From the human T2T-CHM13v2.0 reference genome, Homo sapiens: a stretch of 64,000 bases of DNA. The stretch's first letter is position 1. Each line of letters begins with the position of its first letter. Where the stretch lies: assembly GCF_009914755.1 (NCBI RefSeq), contig NC_060944.1, one strand, 5' to 3'. The position numbers and the translations under genes are program-made. The notes below the pieces were generated by a model. It did not search any database. It was given only the letters and a program-made list of their open reading frames with translations, and had not been told where the DNA came from. This document shows, one piece after another, positions 12,301 through 26,029 of the stretch.

Positions 12301-14580
12301 TAGTTTTCTGTGTTTTCTGATGGTAGTTATTGTCTCTTCACTTACACATGTAAGACTCTCTTGAGCATTTCTTGTAAGGCCAGTCTAGTGGTGTTGAATT
12401 CCCTTTGTTTTTGCTTATCTGTGAAATATTTAATTTCTCCATTTCTGAAGGGTAGCTTTGTTTAGTATAATTTTTTTTTTACTGTCAGCTTTTTATTTTA
12501 TTTTATTTTTTAGTACTTGGAATATATTATCCCATTCCTCTCTTGTTTGTATGATTTCTGCCAATACATTTGCTGTTAGTCTACTGTGAAATTTCTTTAT
12601 ATGTGACCTGATGCTTTTCTCTTACTACTTCTAGAATTCTTTCTTTGTCTTTGAATCTTGATAATTTGATTATACTATGCTTCAGAGATGACCTGTGTAA
12701 GTTGAATCTATTTGAGGTTCTTTGAGCTTCCCGAACATGCATGTTCATCTCTAGTCCATGACTTGGGAAGTTTTCAGCTATTATTTTATTAAATATGTTT
12801 TCTATACCTTTTCCCTTCTCTTTTCCTTCTGGAGTATCCATAATACAAATATTGGTTTACTTAATGGGTCCTAGAAACATTGTAGACTTTCTTCATACTT
12901 TTTAATCTTTTATTTTTCTTTGCCTGTGTTATTTCAAAAGATCTGTCTTCAAGGTCAGAAATTATTTCTTCTGCCTGGTTTAGTTTGTTGTTTCACCTCT
13001 CAATTGTATCTCCATTTCATTCATTGAACTCTGTAGCTGTAGGATTTCCATTTAGTTCTTTTTTTAAAAAATAATATATATCTTTTTGTTGAAATTCTCT
13101 TTCAAATCATGACTTGTTTTCCTGATATAGTTAAATTTTCTGTCTGTATTCCCTTGTACCTCACTGAGTTTTAAAAACATTATTATTTTGAATTCTTTTT
13201 CTTTATGATTCAGGTCTGTTACTTGAGAATTATTGTTTTCCTTTGGAAATGTTATGTTTCCTTGCTTTTTCATGGTTGATGTGTTCCTACATTGATTTAT
13301 ATACAACAGATGGAAAAGTTGCTTCTTCTAATTTTATGGAGTAGATTTCTTAGGGAAAAATTTATTCATATGAGTGGGTCTTGGATTGTCAGTTTGGTGG
13401 ACATGTCGGCCTTGGCTCTAGGTGGATGCAGTGGTATAGTCTCCAGGTAGTTTCTTTAGCTGTAATCCACACTAGTGATGTTTGAAGTTTCTTAGTGGCC
13501 CAGGCTGAGACAGTTTGTGGTGGTGGAGGCACAGCTTTGCCAGGAGTGGACTTGCAGGGCTATTTCTCAGGTGAAGCATGTGTGTGCACACATTGGGTCA
13601 GCCAACTTGGGGTCTGGCTCACTAGGGTTGGGACATGGAGCTGTTACTCTGGCTGGGACCACGGCCATGTGGTTACTCAGCTGAGCTGGGGTCTGTTTTC
13701 CAGAGGCAGCCCACAGGGATGTTTCTCAGGTCCAGGAAACAATCTCATGGCTTCTTGGCTGACCTGAGTATGTTTCTGCTAGTGGTGGCCTGTGGGGCTT
13801 TTTCTCAGCTCCAGTATATGGGTGCAAAGCAGCTTGTCTGGCCTGGGGGCCCACAGGGCTGTTTTTCAGGCCTGAAACATGACTGCACAATGGCACAGTT
13901 GGCCTGGGGACATGTCTGCAGAAAGCGGCCTATATGGCTGTTTCTCAGGCCCAGGATACAATCTCACGGCATCATGGCTTGTCTGGGTGCATGACTGCTA
14001 GGAGTGGCCCATGGAACTTCCTTAGGCCAGGGATGTGGGTGCGAGGCAGAAGTTTACTGATAGAAATATATTGGGGTCCAGGGTGAAGTTATGATACACT
14101 TTACATTTTTAAAACCCAGGCAGAAGAGTATATATTTGCAAAAGTCAGAAAGAAAGAATACTGATAAAAGAATAATAGGGTCCACCCAGCCAGAATGGAG
14201 TTTTCCGGGCTATGGAGTGGGAGGGCAAAGGAGGGAAGAGGGAGATTGCAGTCTGTCCCACTTGCCATAGGGTTAATGGATATAGATGGCTGGAGCTGCC
14301 TCAGGCCAAGGCTGCCACTGGAAGAGGGTCGGACTGTGCTCCAGAACCTGTTCCCCTTACCTTCCCAACATCGTCTCACCTTAACCATCCCAGTGTCCAA
14401 TAAAAATGGCCACTAACTAATGCCTGGTAACCAGCACAATTGTCAGCAGTGGGTTGCTGGCCTCCTCCTGATTTTCCCTGGACCATGTTTCTGGACCCAG
14501 GGCATCTTTCCAGGTGTTCCCCACAATGGTTGATCAGAAACCCTGGGGACACAGCTGGAATTTGAGTAGTTTGAATCATC
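9360..14580 (-). mobile_element. Long decayed L1MA/L1M element with ORF2, ORF1 and 5' UTR parts and internal deletions
   Basis: ORF2 peptides (AKAVLRGKFIAINAY; DLTDIYRTFHP; NIYAPN), ORF1 peptide 12581-12841 (GIENIFNKIIAENFP), GC-rich repetitive 5' UTR at 13490-14040. Confidence 0.85.
10781..11080 (-). mobile_element. AluJ
   Basis: T20 tail, GACAGAG..CACTGCAGTCTTGAAC..ATGCCTGGCC. Confidence 0.9.
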
Positions 14581-15083
14581 TATAACCTCATCAGGAGCTA
14601 GATTCTGGTTTCTGGCCAGTATCATTTTCCTTCTCTGAAGAACTTCTGTAAATATTTTTTGCAAAGCAATTCTACTGGCAACAAATTATCTCATTTTTTG
14701 TTTGTCCAAGAACACCTTTATTTCACCTTAAATATTGGATAATAGTTTCACAGACTACAGGAAATTTAGATTGGTGGGGGTTATTGTTCCTCAATATTTT
14801 AAACATTTCATTCTATTTTCTTCTTGCTTGGATGATTTGAGAAGTCAGATGTGATTATTTTTGCTCCTCTGTAGATCAAGTGTTTTTTTCCTCTGACTTC
14901 TTTTGAGATGTTTTTCTTTATTTTTTATTTTCTGCACTTTGAATATGATATGCCTAGGAGTCATTTTTCTGGCATTTATGCTGGTTGGTATTCTTTGAGC
15001 TTTGTGGATCTGTGGTTTGTTGTCTGACAAAAAATTGATGAAATTCTGTTACTATTGCTTCAAATGTATCTTCTGTTTTTGTC

Positions 15084-15399
15084 TATTATTATTATTATTT
15101 TTTTTGAGGCAGAGTCTCTCTCTGTCACCCAGGCTGGAGTGCAGTGGCGCAATCTTGGCTCACTGCAAGCTCTGCTTTCTGGGTTCACTCCATTCTCCTG
15201 CCTCAGCCTCCTGATTAGCTGGGACTACAGGCACTCGCCACCAGGCCCAGCTAATTTTTTTTTTTTTTTTTTTGTATTTTTAGTAGAGACTGGGTTTCAC
15301 TGTGTTAGCCAGGATGGTCTCAATCTCCTGATCTTGTGATCTGCCCGCCTTGGCCTCCCAAAGTGTTGGGATTACAGGCGTGAGCCACCACGTCCAGCC
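15084..15399 (-). mobile_element. AluY/AluSc-like
   Basis: CACTGCAAGCTC..CCATTCTCC..GTGTTAGCCAGGATGGTCTC diagnostic positions; (TAT)n tail. Confidence 0.9.
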
Positions 15400-15414
15400 T
15401 TATTTTTTGTTGTT

Positions 15415-15753
15415 GTTGTTGCTATAACAAAACGCCACAGATTGGGCTATTTATAAAGAAAAGAAATGCATTTCTTACAGTTCTGGAGCCTGGGAAGTCC
15501 GATATGAAGGTGTCAGCATCTGAGGAGGGCCTTCTTGCTGAGTCATAACATGGTGAAGATCATTTTATGGTGAGAGGGCAAAAGCATGTGTGTAAGCCTA
15601 GGTCTTTCTTCTCTTCCTATAAAACCACCAGTCCTGTCATGGGGACCTGATGACCTAATCTAATCCTCCCAAAGGTCCCACCTCTAATCAACATGTGAAT
15701 TTGGTGATTGAATTTTCAACATCTGAAATTAGGGAGACACACTCAAACCACAG
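15415..15753 (-). mobile_element. MST/MLT1A-type MaLR LTR
   Basis: GCTATAACAAAA..TTACAGTTCTGGAG..CTCAAACCACAGC. Confidence 0.8.
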
Positions 15754-17344
15754 CTGCTCCTTCTTCTTCTTCTCCTTCTGGTATTCGCATTACACATATA
15801 TAACCTCTTTTGTAGCTGTTCCATAGTTCTTGGATATTCTGTTTTATTTTTTCTGTCTTTTTCTCTTTGCTTTTCAGTATTGGAAGTTTTTATAGACATA
15901 TTCTCAAGCTTAGAGATTCTTTCCTCAGCCATGCCCAGTCTACTAATGAGCTTATCAAAGGCATTTGTTATTTCTGTTACAGTGTTTTTGATATTTATAG
16001 TTTCTTCTTGATTCTTTCTCAGAATTTCCATCTCTACTCACATTATCCTCTGTTCTTGTATATTGCTTATTTTGTCATTTAGGGCCCTTAGCATACTAAT
16101 CATAGTTTTAGGAAAATCGCTGGTCTTACAATTTCAACATTTCTGCCACATCTGACTCTGGTTTTGATGTTCACTCAGTGTCTTCAAACTTTGTTTGTTT
16201 TTTGCCTTTTAATATTCCTTGTGTTTTCTTCTAGATACTTGAATATGATGTATTGGGTAAAAGGGATGCCTTTAAACAGGCCTTTAATGATGTGGTGGTA
16301 AGGTGTGGGGGAAGGGGAAATGTTCTATAGTCCTGTGATTAGTTTTGAGTCTTTCAGAGAGTCTGTGACTCTGGGTTGTAAACTTTGTAAGTGCTTTTCT
16401 GTCTCCCCACTTCTTAGGTGGGACATGATGGATAGACAAGTCAGGAATTGTGTACTTCTCTTCTATGTGGAAGGGTAGAGCTGCTGGAGTTGGGAATTTT
16501 GCTTCTCCCAGGCAGGGTAGAGTCTGGTAAAACTTAACCTTAGGTTAGGTTCTGGCTAAATAGTTTCTCCTGAGGGCAGATCTTGTTAAAAAGAGCAGAG
16601 TGCTCTGGCATATTTAATAATGGTTTCTATTTCCCTCCTCCTGCCAGAAGCATGAAGAAATTTTTCTCCCATTTTTGTTGTGAAGCATGCTGGGCTCCTG
16701 GAGGTAAAACTCACAAAAGTGTTGAGGTTTCCCTCTAACTGCACTCTCCCAGCCTGTTTTCATCTTGCTGGCTTGGCCACGCTGAACCTCCAGCAATTTG
16801 TCAGTTATGGGTCAGGTCTTCCTACCACAGCATGGGTTCCCACAGAGGTGTCTGCTTTGAGTTTCTTCTATGCTAAGTTGTGATTCGCTGTACCACCATC
16901 TTTACACTTTTAAAGGCAGCAGTTTACCTTGTGACCTTACTTTTCTGAAGAGTCTATAAAAAGTTATTGATTTTGTAGTTTGTTCAGCTTCTCACTTGTT
17001 GTGAGGACAGAGCGACAGCTTCCAAGCTCCTTACATGCTGGACTGGGAAGTGGGAGTCAGCATTGTTTTAAGTTGAGAAAGTCACAGCGCAGAGAGGCTG
17101 GCTTGCCTATGGCCACCTGATTAGCAACAGAGATACTTCTGTGAAGCAGGTCTTTAGACATTAGGGTATGAGTAGACTCCATGCCTTCTCTCTAGTTGTT
17201 CCTCAGAGATACCACAAAGAAACAGAATATAGGCTTGCATCTTTTGCAAAATGGTTGCAATCCACTTTGAACTGTGATCAGCCATTTGTTGGAAGCTAAT
17301 TTGCTCTGCTAGTGGCTGTTATTGTGCTTGATATGGGGATGAGA

Positions 17345-17580
17345 GGGAATGTTTACTGAATGTCCACCATGTGCCAGAGACTGTTAGGACTTTCATGCAC
17401 TCTATCTCCTTTAATCATCCTCAGGGATTAATGGGCTAGATCCTATTTCAAAGGTGAGGAAAAAGGTTTAGATCAATGGACCAGATACCACTTTAAAGAT
17501 GAAAAACAGGTTTAGAGGTTAAACAAGGTTAAATGTGGTCACACAGCTTGTAGGAGGTGTTCTTTAGATCTCTGACCCCC
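17345..17580 (-). mobile_element. MIR
   Basis: TTTACTGAATGTCCACCATGTGCCAG..AGATGAAAAACAGG..GGTCACACAGC. Confidence 0.65.
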
Positions 17581-17704
17581 AGGGCCCATGCATGGTGTTT
17601 GGGGCAGGGTCTGGTGGAAATGTTTTAGGCAAGAAATGAAACCCACTAACCCTGACCCTCACTTCTTTGAATAATAAAGAGAAGTGACTTCTAGATAAGA
17701 TGAC

Positions 17705-20424
17705 TATATTTGCTATCTATGTTGTATAACAAATTACTCCAAAATTTAGGTGATTAATACAACAAATATTTATTATCTTTGTGGGCCAGGAATCCATTTG
17801 TGGCTTAGCTGGGTGTGTCTGATTCAAGGGCTCTCATGAAGCTTCAAATTGTGGGCCAGGGCTGCAGTGTCATCTGAAGGTCTGATGAGTTGGGAGTGGG
17901 TGAAGCTCACTCATGTGGCTGTTGGCAGGCTCGGCTCCTTGCCATGTAGGCTCCCTGTACAGGGCTGACTTACTACCTGCTGCCCTGGGGTGAGCAATCC
18001 AAGAAAGGGAGGAGAGGGGGCGGGGGGAGGGAGAGAGAGAGAGAGAGAGATCGATCAAGACAGAAGCCACAGTCATTTTTTAAAAAAAATTATCTTTAAG
18101 TTCCAGGGTACATGTGGAGGATGTGCAGGTTTGTTACATAGGTAAATGTGTATTATGGTGGTTTACTGCACCTATCAACCCATCACCTAGGTATTAAGCC
18201 TAGTATTCATTAGCCACTTTTCCTAATGCTCTCTCTCCCCCAACCCCACCCCACTACAGGCTCCAGTGTGTGTTGTTCCCCTCCCTGTGTCCATGGGTTC
18301 TTGTTGTTGAGCTCCCACTTATAAGTGAGAATATGTGGTGTATGGTTTACTGTTCCTGTATTAGCTTGCTGAGGATAATGGCTTCCAGCTCCATTCATGT
18401 CTCAGCAAAAGACATGATCTTGTTCCTTTTTATGGCTGCATAGTATTCCATGGTGTATATGTATTACATTTTCTGTATCCAGTCTATCATTGACTGAGTA
18501 TTTGGGTTGATTCCAGTCTATCATTGACTTTATTCAGTCTATAATTGACTGGGCATTTGGGTTGATTCCATGTTTTATTATTGTGAATAGTGCTGCAATG
18601 AACATACGTGTGCATGTATCTTTGTAACAGAATGATTTATATTCCTTTGGGTATATATTCGGAAATAGAATTCTTGGAGCAATTGGTGTTTCTGGTTCTA
18701 GATCTTTGAGGAATCACCAGACCGTTTTTTCACAATGGTTGAACTAATTTACATGCCCACCAACAGTGTAAAATTGTTCCTATTTCTACACAACTTTGCT
18801 GCCATCTGTTGTTTCTTGACTTTTTAATAATTGCCATTCTGACTGGCATGAGATGGTATCTTACTGTGGCTTTGATTTGCATTTCTTTAATGAGCAATGA
18901 TATTGAGTTTTTTTTTTTTTAATACGTTTGTTGGTTGCATGAATGTCTTCTTTTGAGAAGTGTCTGTTCATAACCTTTGCCCACTTTTTGATGGACTGGT
19001 CTGTTTTTTTCTTGTAAACTTGTTTAAGCTCCTTGTAGATTCTGAATATTAGACCTTTGTCAGATGGATAGATTGCAAAACTTTCTCCCACTCTGTAGAT
19101 TGCCTGTTCACTCTGATGATAGTTTCTTTTGCTTGCAGAGGCTCTTTAGCTTGATTAGTTCCCATTTGTCAATTTTTGCTTTTGTTGCAATTGTGTTTGG
19201 CAATTTTGTCATGAAATCTTTGCCCATGCCTATGTTCTTAATGGTATTGCCTAAGTTTTCTTCTAGGGTTTTTACAGTTTTGGGTTTTACATTTAGGTTG
19301 TTATTTCATCTTGAGTTAATTTTTGTATAAGGTGTAATGAAAAGGTCCAGGTTCAATTTTCTGCATATGTTTAGCCAGTTTTCCCAGCACCATTTATTAA
19401 ATAGGGAATTCTTTCTCCATTGCCTATTTTTGTCAGGTCTGTCAAAGATCAGATTGTTGTAAATGTGTAGTTTTATTTATGAGTTTTCTATTCTGCTCCA
19501 TTGGTTTATGTGTCAGTTTTTGTACCAGTACAATGTTGTTTTGGTTACTGTAGCTTTGTAGTATAGTTTGAAATCTGGTAGTGTGATGCCTCCAGCTTTG
19601 TTCTTTTTGCTTAGGATTGTCTTGTCTATACAAGCTCTTCTTTGTTTCCACAGGAATTTTAAAATAGTTTCTTCTAATTCTGTGAAGAATGTTAATGGTA
19701 GTTTGATGGGAATAGCATTGAATTTATACATTTCCTTGGGGAGTATGGCCATTTTTATGATATTGATTCTTCCTATCCATGAGCATGGAATGTTTTTCTA
19801 TTCTTTTATATTTTCTCTGATTTCTGTGAGCAATGGTTTGGTTCTCCTTGAAGAAGTCTTTCACTTCCCTTGTTAGCTGTATTCCTAGGCATTTTATTCT
19901 CTTGGTAGCAATTGTGAATGGGAGTTCATTCATGATTTGGCTGTCTGCTTGCGTGTTGTTGGTGTATAGGCATGCTTGTGACTTTTGCACATTGATTTTG
20001 TATCCTTAGAGTTTGCTGACATTGCTTATCAACTTAAGAAGCTTTTGGGCTGAGACAATGGGGTTTTCTAGATATTGGATCACGTCATTTGCAAACAAAC
20101 ACAATTTGGCTTCATCTCTTCCTATTTGAATACCCTTTATTTCTTTCTGTTGCCTGATTGGCCTACCCAGAACTTCCAATACTATGTTGAATAGGAGTGT
20201 TGAGAGAGGGCATCCTTGTCTTGTGCCAGTTTTCAAGAGGAATGAAAGCCACAGTCTTTTTACAACCTACACTAGAAAGTGATGCCCTATCACTTCTGCC
20301 ATATTCTGTTCATTAGAAGGAAGTGACTAGATCCAACACCCACTCACGGGAAGGAAATTACCTAGGGATGAGAATATCAGGAGGCAGGCATCAGCAAGTG
20401 CCATTTTAGAGGCTACCTGCCACA
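17705..20424 (-). mobile_element. MLT1F-like LTR split by an L1PA insertion (parts 17705-18075 and 20246-20424)
   Basis: TAACAAATTACTCCAAAATTTAG..GGCTTAGCTGGG; resumes after the L1 and ends GGCTACCTGCCACA. Confidence 0.75.
18076..20245 (-). mobile_element. 5'-truncated L1PA (about PA10-13), 2.2 kb
   Basis: ORF2 peptides ([10 protein letters not shown]; MAILPK..); 3' UTR; TSD AAGCCACAGTC at 18064-18074 and 20246-20256. Confidence 0.93.
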
Positions 20425-20619
20425 ATGACCATTTGTTTATTTTCCCAACACAGTCTCAATCTATGCCTTTAAATATTTGTCCCGGTTAGGTTTCTTCTTT
20501 CCCTGTTTCTCTTTTCTTCCTTTCCCTCTAATTTCTATACAAATAAAACTATAAGCTATAAGGTGGGGCCAAACACGCTTGAAAAAATAAAGAATATTTA
20601 CATAGTCAAAAAATACTCC

Positions 20620-21290
20620 CCTTAGTATACATATTTATTACAAAGGGGAAAAAGGTAGCTTTACAGTGGAGAAGTATGGCAGACATCACCTGAATTTGAC
20701 GACAAAACCTAACTCATCAGCCACAGGACAAGTCGAAAGCATGTACAACTTGATAGGATGGAATAAGAAGAACACAGCATCGTGTATGTGATATTCCTGC
20801 TGGAGATGCATATCCTGCATTTAATCATGAGAGAACATTAGACTAATAAAATTAAGGGACATGCTATAGTCTGTACTCTTCAAAATGTTGGAGTCATGAA
20901 AGTCAAGGGGAGACCAAGGGACTCTTCCAGATTGTAGGCAATTAAAAACACATGTTGAATAAATGCAACCTGTGATTCTGAGCTGCATCATTCTTCTACA
21001 AAAAAATTACTGAAGTAATTGATAAAACCTGAATGAAATCTCAGGACTAGATGGGGTAATGCATCAGTGTTAATTTCCTGATTATGATGGTTCTATTTTG
21101 GTTATGTAGGAGAATGACCTTGTTTGTAGGAAATATATATTATCATAATCAGAAGTGATGGGACATTGCCTTAGCAACTTACTCTTAAATGGCTTCAAGG
21201 AAAAAAAAAGTTCTGTACTTGTAAATTTTTATAACTTGTAGAAGTACTTACAGCTTTTCTGTAAGTTTAAAGTTGCTTCAAAATATAATT
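20620..21290 (+). mobile_element. L1MC3/4-like 3' UTR
   Basis: TTTACAGTGGAGAAG..GGCAGACATCACC..CAGTGTTAATTTCCTGAT..TTGTTTGTAGGAAAT. Confidence 0.7.
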
Positions 21291-24200
21291 TTAAAATGCC
21301 ACAATTAGAGTAATAAGTTATATGATTACCTCACTTGTGGATATAGATGCTCCCCTAAAAATTCTCTCTCCATACTTATTGCTGCCCAAAATACTAATTC
21401 ATTCTCATAGTTATGTCCTTTTCTCTAGAGAAAAATCTTGTGCAAAGCAATGTGGAGGACAAAGCAAAGTTCTGTGGCAGAACTTTGGAATGTCAAATCT
21501 TATTAAACTCTCCTATGCAAAGGAATTAGAAGAACAAAAATAAATCCCAGGTTTGGAAGCTAAATTTATATGAAGGAGAAGTTGAAAGATATTTCATTAC
21601 CCAGCAAATTCTTAAAATGTCATTTCAGTCCAAAAGTGAAACTCTTGATCCACTATGAGGCCTTTACAAATTAAATTAGCCTCACTTATTTCCATATTTA
21701 GTCTATAAAATAGAAACAAAAAGGCATTTGTACATTCTACCAAACTATATGCCAATGATCGTAGCCCAAACTCTTTCTTTACATAGGTTGTCAAGGTTGT
21801 TACCACAAAAGCAGGTATCGTACACTCCCCAAGGTTCACAGGACCTGGGTAAGAGAAGAGGAAAGGCAATGAAAGTGTGAAGATCCTTGAAATAAAGATG
21901 ATCTCCAATGGTAGTAACACCAGAATCCAGATACACAGAAACAGACTGAAGAAATGAGAGGAATAAAAGGGAATAAGTAGAAGTTGGAGTTTATAAGAAA
22001 CTCCTGTAGAAACTATTCAATACCTGAATAACTGCAAATACTTTAGGCAAATGATTATGAGGAACTTAGAAGATATAAGTAGCTTTTGTAGTTTTTGCTT
22101 TGCGGAAGGAAGGAAGGCTGTGACTACTCCACTTGCCTTGGCTGGAGGCCATGTGCAGGTGGGTCCTTCAGCGGGCACTGTGTGGTTCCTGGCTTCCACC
22201 CCACCACATCATCACTGTGGCCTCTGACTGCTTGCTTCTCTTCCTCGTTCTGCACTCTCCTCCAGCTGAGTTTCACTTAGCAAAACAGACGATGTTCAGT
22301 CTTCACAGGTGGGAGTCATGAAGGTCAAACATTACATTCCCCAATTTGATCTAATCGAAGACATACCCTCCCCAAATCTAAAATATGTAACACACTCAAC
22401 GGCCTCTGCTTTGTTGATTCTGGGAACTACACCAAACACAGTTTTGAGACACTTGCTATTTCCTTTCCATCTAGAGCCACTCCTCACTCTCCTCATATTT
22501 TCCCCTGAAGCTGTTGGATTTATTTCTAAGCTCTGGAACCTTGAGTGGGATGATTCATATTCCAAGTATTTTTTCCTTTTTTATACATTTCTTAAGTTAT
22601 ATTTTTCAAGGAATTTGTCCATATCATCTAAGCTGTGCAATTTATTGACATCAAGCTGACCATAATGTACTCTGACCATTCTTTTGATGTCTCCAAAATC
22701 TACACTGTTGCTTCCTTTTCCATTCCTGATATTAGAAATTAGAGTTGTCTCCTTTTTCCTTGATCAGTTCAGCTAAAGTTTCATTATCTACATTTGAAAT
22801 CCAGACTCTGTCCCTTTTCCTTGTCCTCAAATGCAATTTGGTCAGAAGCTGGAGGATTTACAGGACTGGGTGAAGTCAGCGTTGGTTGAGGAGGGGAGGG
22901 TGCAGATGGGGTCAGGAGCAGAACTCTGAAGGTCAGGAGGCTGATAAGGAGGGAATTCAGTGACTCAGAACTGGGTGGATGCAGCGCTGAAGTGTAGAAT
23001 AGCCATGGTTACACACCCTTCCGCAGTTGTTATAGGGATATTTCCTGGTAATGTATTGTAAAAGGACAATTTCCCAGTATATTTTGCTCAAGTCTGGAGA
23101 ACTGAACATTTACGCTCTACAGCTATGTATTAAACTCACAGGCACTTCAGACAAGTTGAGATGTATAGTGTAGATCTCTCTCTAATATGGGGAAGAAGCG
23201 ACACAGGACTTGAGACTCCAGAAAGGGCAGAAGAGCTGCTTCTTCAAAGCTCTGTCTGTGTAAACCATAGTTACCTCTGAGATGTCGGAATGATGGTGAT
23301 TCTTAGTTTCCAGTGTTTTACCATGGCATGCGTTATTATTTAATAAGAAAACCAAATATTTTATTATTATGCATGCTACAATTTTGTGTACTAGGAAGTG
23401 TGCTAAACAGAAAGAAAAATACCAATAAAATGAGTTGTAAATGAGCTGTAAATAATATAAATGAATAAAATCAAATATATAAAATAAAATAATACAAATG
23501 TGAGGCCACGATGAAAAACAATGTATGTATATAAAGCCTAAGCTTCTTTTTATAAGATACCAAGGCCTTCCCTTTGGTCTCAGATCAGACCAGAATAGAG
23601 CCCTCAGTCTGAACCTCGGGGCATTAATTTTTAAGACTTGGTTCTTCGTTTCAATGATGACATGCTTGCTTGGGTTACGCAGTAGACACTGCACCCGTGT
23701 AATCTGGAGTTGCTAGCTGACCTTCCCCTGAGATGCACAGTGGAACAAGGACAGTTCATTCAACCTTCTGCAGAATCCTGAGTAGATGAGAGAGCCAAGT
23801 GGAAAGATCTGCTGAATGTGAATCTTTAAAATTGCAAGCTCCTCCAGGTTGGCCACATGCGCGTGAAGGGTAGACCACCCTCTCTCTCTCTATGTGTTCT
23901 TGATTTAGCCACTTGCTTTTCAAGATTCCTTTGTGCCTGGATTTAAAATGGGAATTTGGTCTGTCTTATAATTTGTGAGGTAAGATCTTTAAAGTGAGAG
24001 ACAACACTGAAAGATAAATGTATGAAGAGATGATGTTATGCATTCAAATTTAACACTCATCAAGAACACATTAGACTGTCCCTTAGAAAAACCCACCAAG
24101 TGCAGTTGTTTTGGCTTCTTTCAGGGTCTGGGATCCCTTTGTGAGCCTCATGACGCAAGGACCTTTGCTTCATAAAGAAGGCACGAAATGTGACTTTAGA

Positions 24201-25666
24201 AAGCTCATGATTTCCAGAACCCAGAGTGGATCCTGGTTCAGAACGACTGCTCCAAGGGCCACACTTCTGCGCAGGTTTCCCCAAGAGTGCATTTGGAGGA
24301 GGACTTGAGGGATGCTCCCTGGTGCTCCTCTGTCAATGCTTTCTTTGTTTTATTCTGCTTTACTCTAGGTCTTCTCAGAGCTCTCAATATGGTTACATGC
24401 ATGGGGAATCTTGTTTCTCAAACTTGCTCTTGGAGCAGAGTTGCAGTGGGGGAAGTGTGGTCTATGGGCACAGCTCCCACTAGGGCCTGCAGCTTCCTGG
24501 TTCAAGCAGAAGCCTTGCAAACATATTCATCTGGAAAAAGCATAGCACAGAGGCCCCAGTTGCAGAGATGCTCCGGAAGCCTGAGGTATGCACAGGGCTA
24601 GTGAGCTAAGAATATTCCTCTGTCGCCTTTTCAAGGACAAGGGAAGCCAGGGTGGAGACTGTGCTGAGCTAAGGTAAATATAAAACAATCCCAGGGCGGT
24701 CCCTCAGAGGAAGGCTTAGCTCCCCGGAGCCTTGGGTAGAGACGCTTCCTGCCTGCCTCGGGGAGTCCTCCTGCCAGGAAGAGGCCTCAGACTCTGCTAT
24801 GTCTGGCCCTGTGGGGTGATCCCACGTGCTGGGAAGGAGGGAAAAGCAGGGTGGGGTGGGGCACCCTGACATTGTTTCAGATCTCCTGCAGTACGCCTCA
24901 CTACATGATAAAGCAAAACCAGACTTTGTTTTAAAATAAAATTTTTATTTTAGATTTTTTTTTCTCTTATGGCCTTCCCCAAAGACAGATTTAAAAGAAA
25001 TTATTTTATTATGGAAAATTTCCTGCAAATGCATGCATCAACTTCCATGCACTCGTCGCTAAGGTACTCCTGACCCGTGTCCTCTGTAACATCCAGCCCT
25101 CCTGCAAGGCCCCACTGGACTATTTTGAGGCAAAGCCAAGTATCATATAATTGCATCCTTCAGCATGTATTCTAACAGATCAGGGAATATAAATCCATAC
25201 TGTGATACCATGAGCATACAAAAATATCATCACTTCATGTTATGTAGTAAGTTTCAATTGAGACTTGCCATTTCCTCATTGTTTCATGAATGCTTTTTAA
25301 CAGGATTTTGTACAAACAGAATCCAAACAAGTTCTGCATGTTATATTTAACTGATATGCCCTAAGTTTCTCTCTCTTTTTTTTTTAAAAAAAAAAAAAAA
25401 CAACAACTGAGGCTTAAAATGCCTGGCATACTGTCCAATGATTTAATTGTGTAGCTTCGTGAATGTTTAATAACGCCTATCTAGAGTCACATTGCACTGC
25501 TCAGATCAAGATGTGGACATTCCCAACTCCCCACACCTCTGGCTCCTTCCGGTCATCACCCACCCACCAGAGGGAATCTGTGTTCTGGCTTCCCTCAACA
25601 CAAGCCCTTTAGCCTGTTCTTTCTGAAAAAAAAAAAAAAAAAAAAAAAAAAAACAACAAAAAAAAA

Positions 25667-26029
25667 CTTTAATGTTAGTTTCAGGGGTACATGTGCAGGT
25701 TTGTCGTATAGGTAAATTACATGTCTATGTCTTGGGGTTTTGGTGTACAGCTTATGTTGTCACCTGGCAGATAAGCATGGTACTCAGCAGGTAGTTTTTC
25801 AATCCTCACTCTCCTCCCACCCTCCACCCTCAAGGGGTCCCAGGTGTCTATTGTTTCCTTCTTTGTGTCCATGTGTACTCAATGTTTAGCTCCCACTTAT
25901 AAGTGAGAACATGTGGTATTTGGTTTTCTCTTCCTGTGTTAGTTCACTTAGGATAATGACCTCCAGCTCCATTCTTGTTGCTGCAAAGATCATGATCTCG
26001 TTCTTTTTTTCTGGCTGTGAAGTAGTCCA
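25667..26029 (-). mobile_element. L1PA15/16-like 3' end
   Basis: CAGGGGTACATGTGCAGGTTTG..TAGCTCCCACTTATAAGTGAGAAC; TSD CCT(T/C)TAGCCTGTTCTT at 25606-25621 and 26030-26045. Confidence 0.85.

Larger units (their letters stand above)
14580..17060 (-). mobile_element. L1MC-type ORF1 and 5' region, interrupted
   Basis: ORF1-like peptides 14845-15030 (TPRHIIFK) and 15729-16031 (NAFDKLISRLGMAEERISKLE). Confidence 0.75.

Noticed and set aside
23182-23694. 170-aa minus-strand ORF
   Set aside because: AT-rich low-complexity composition and no recognisable domain
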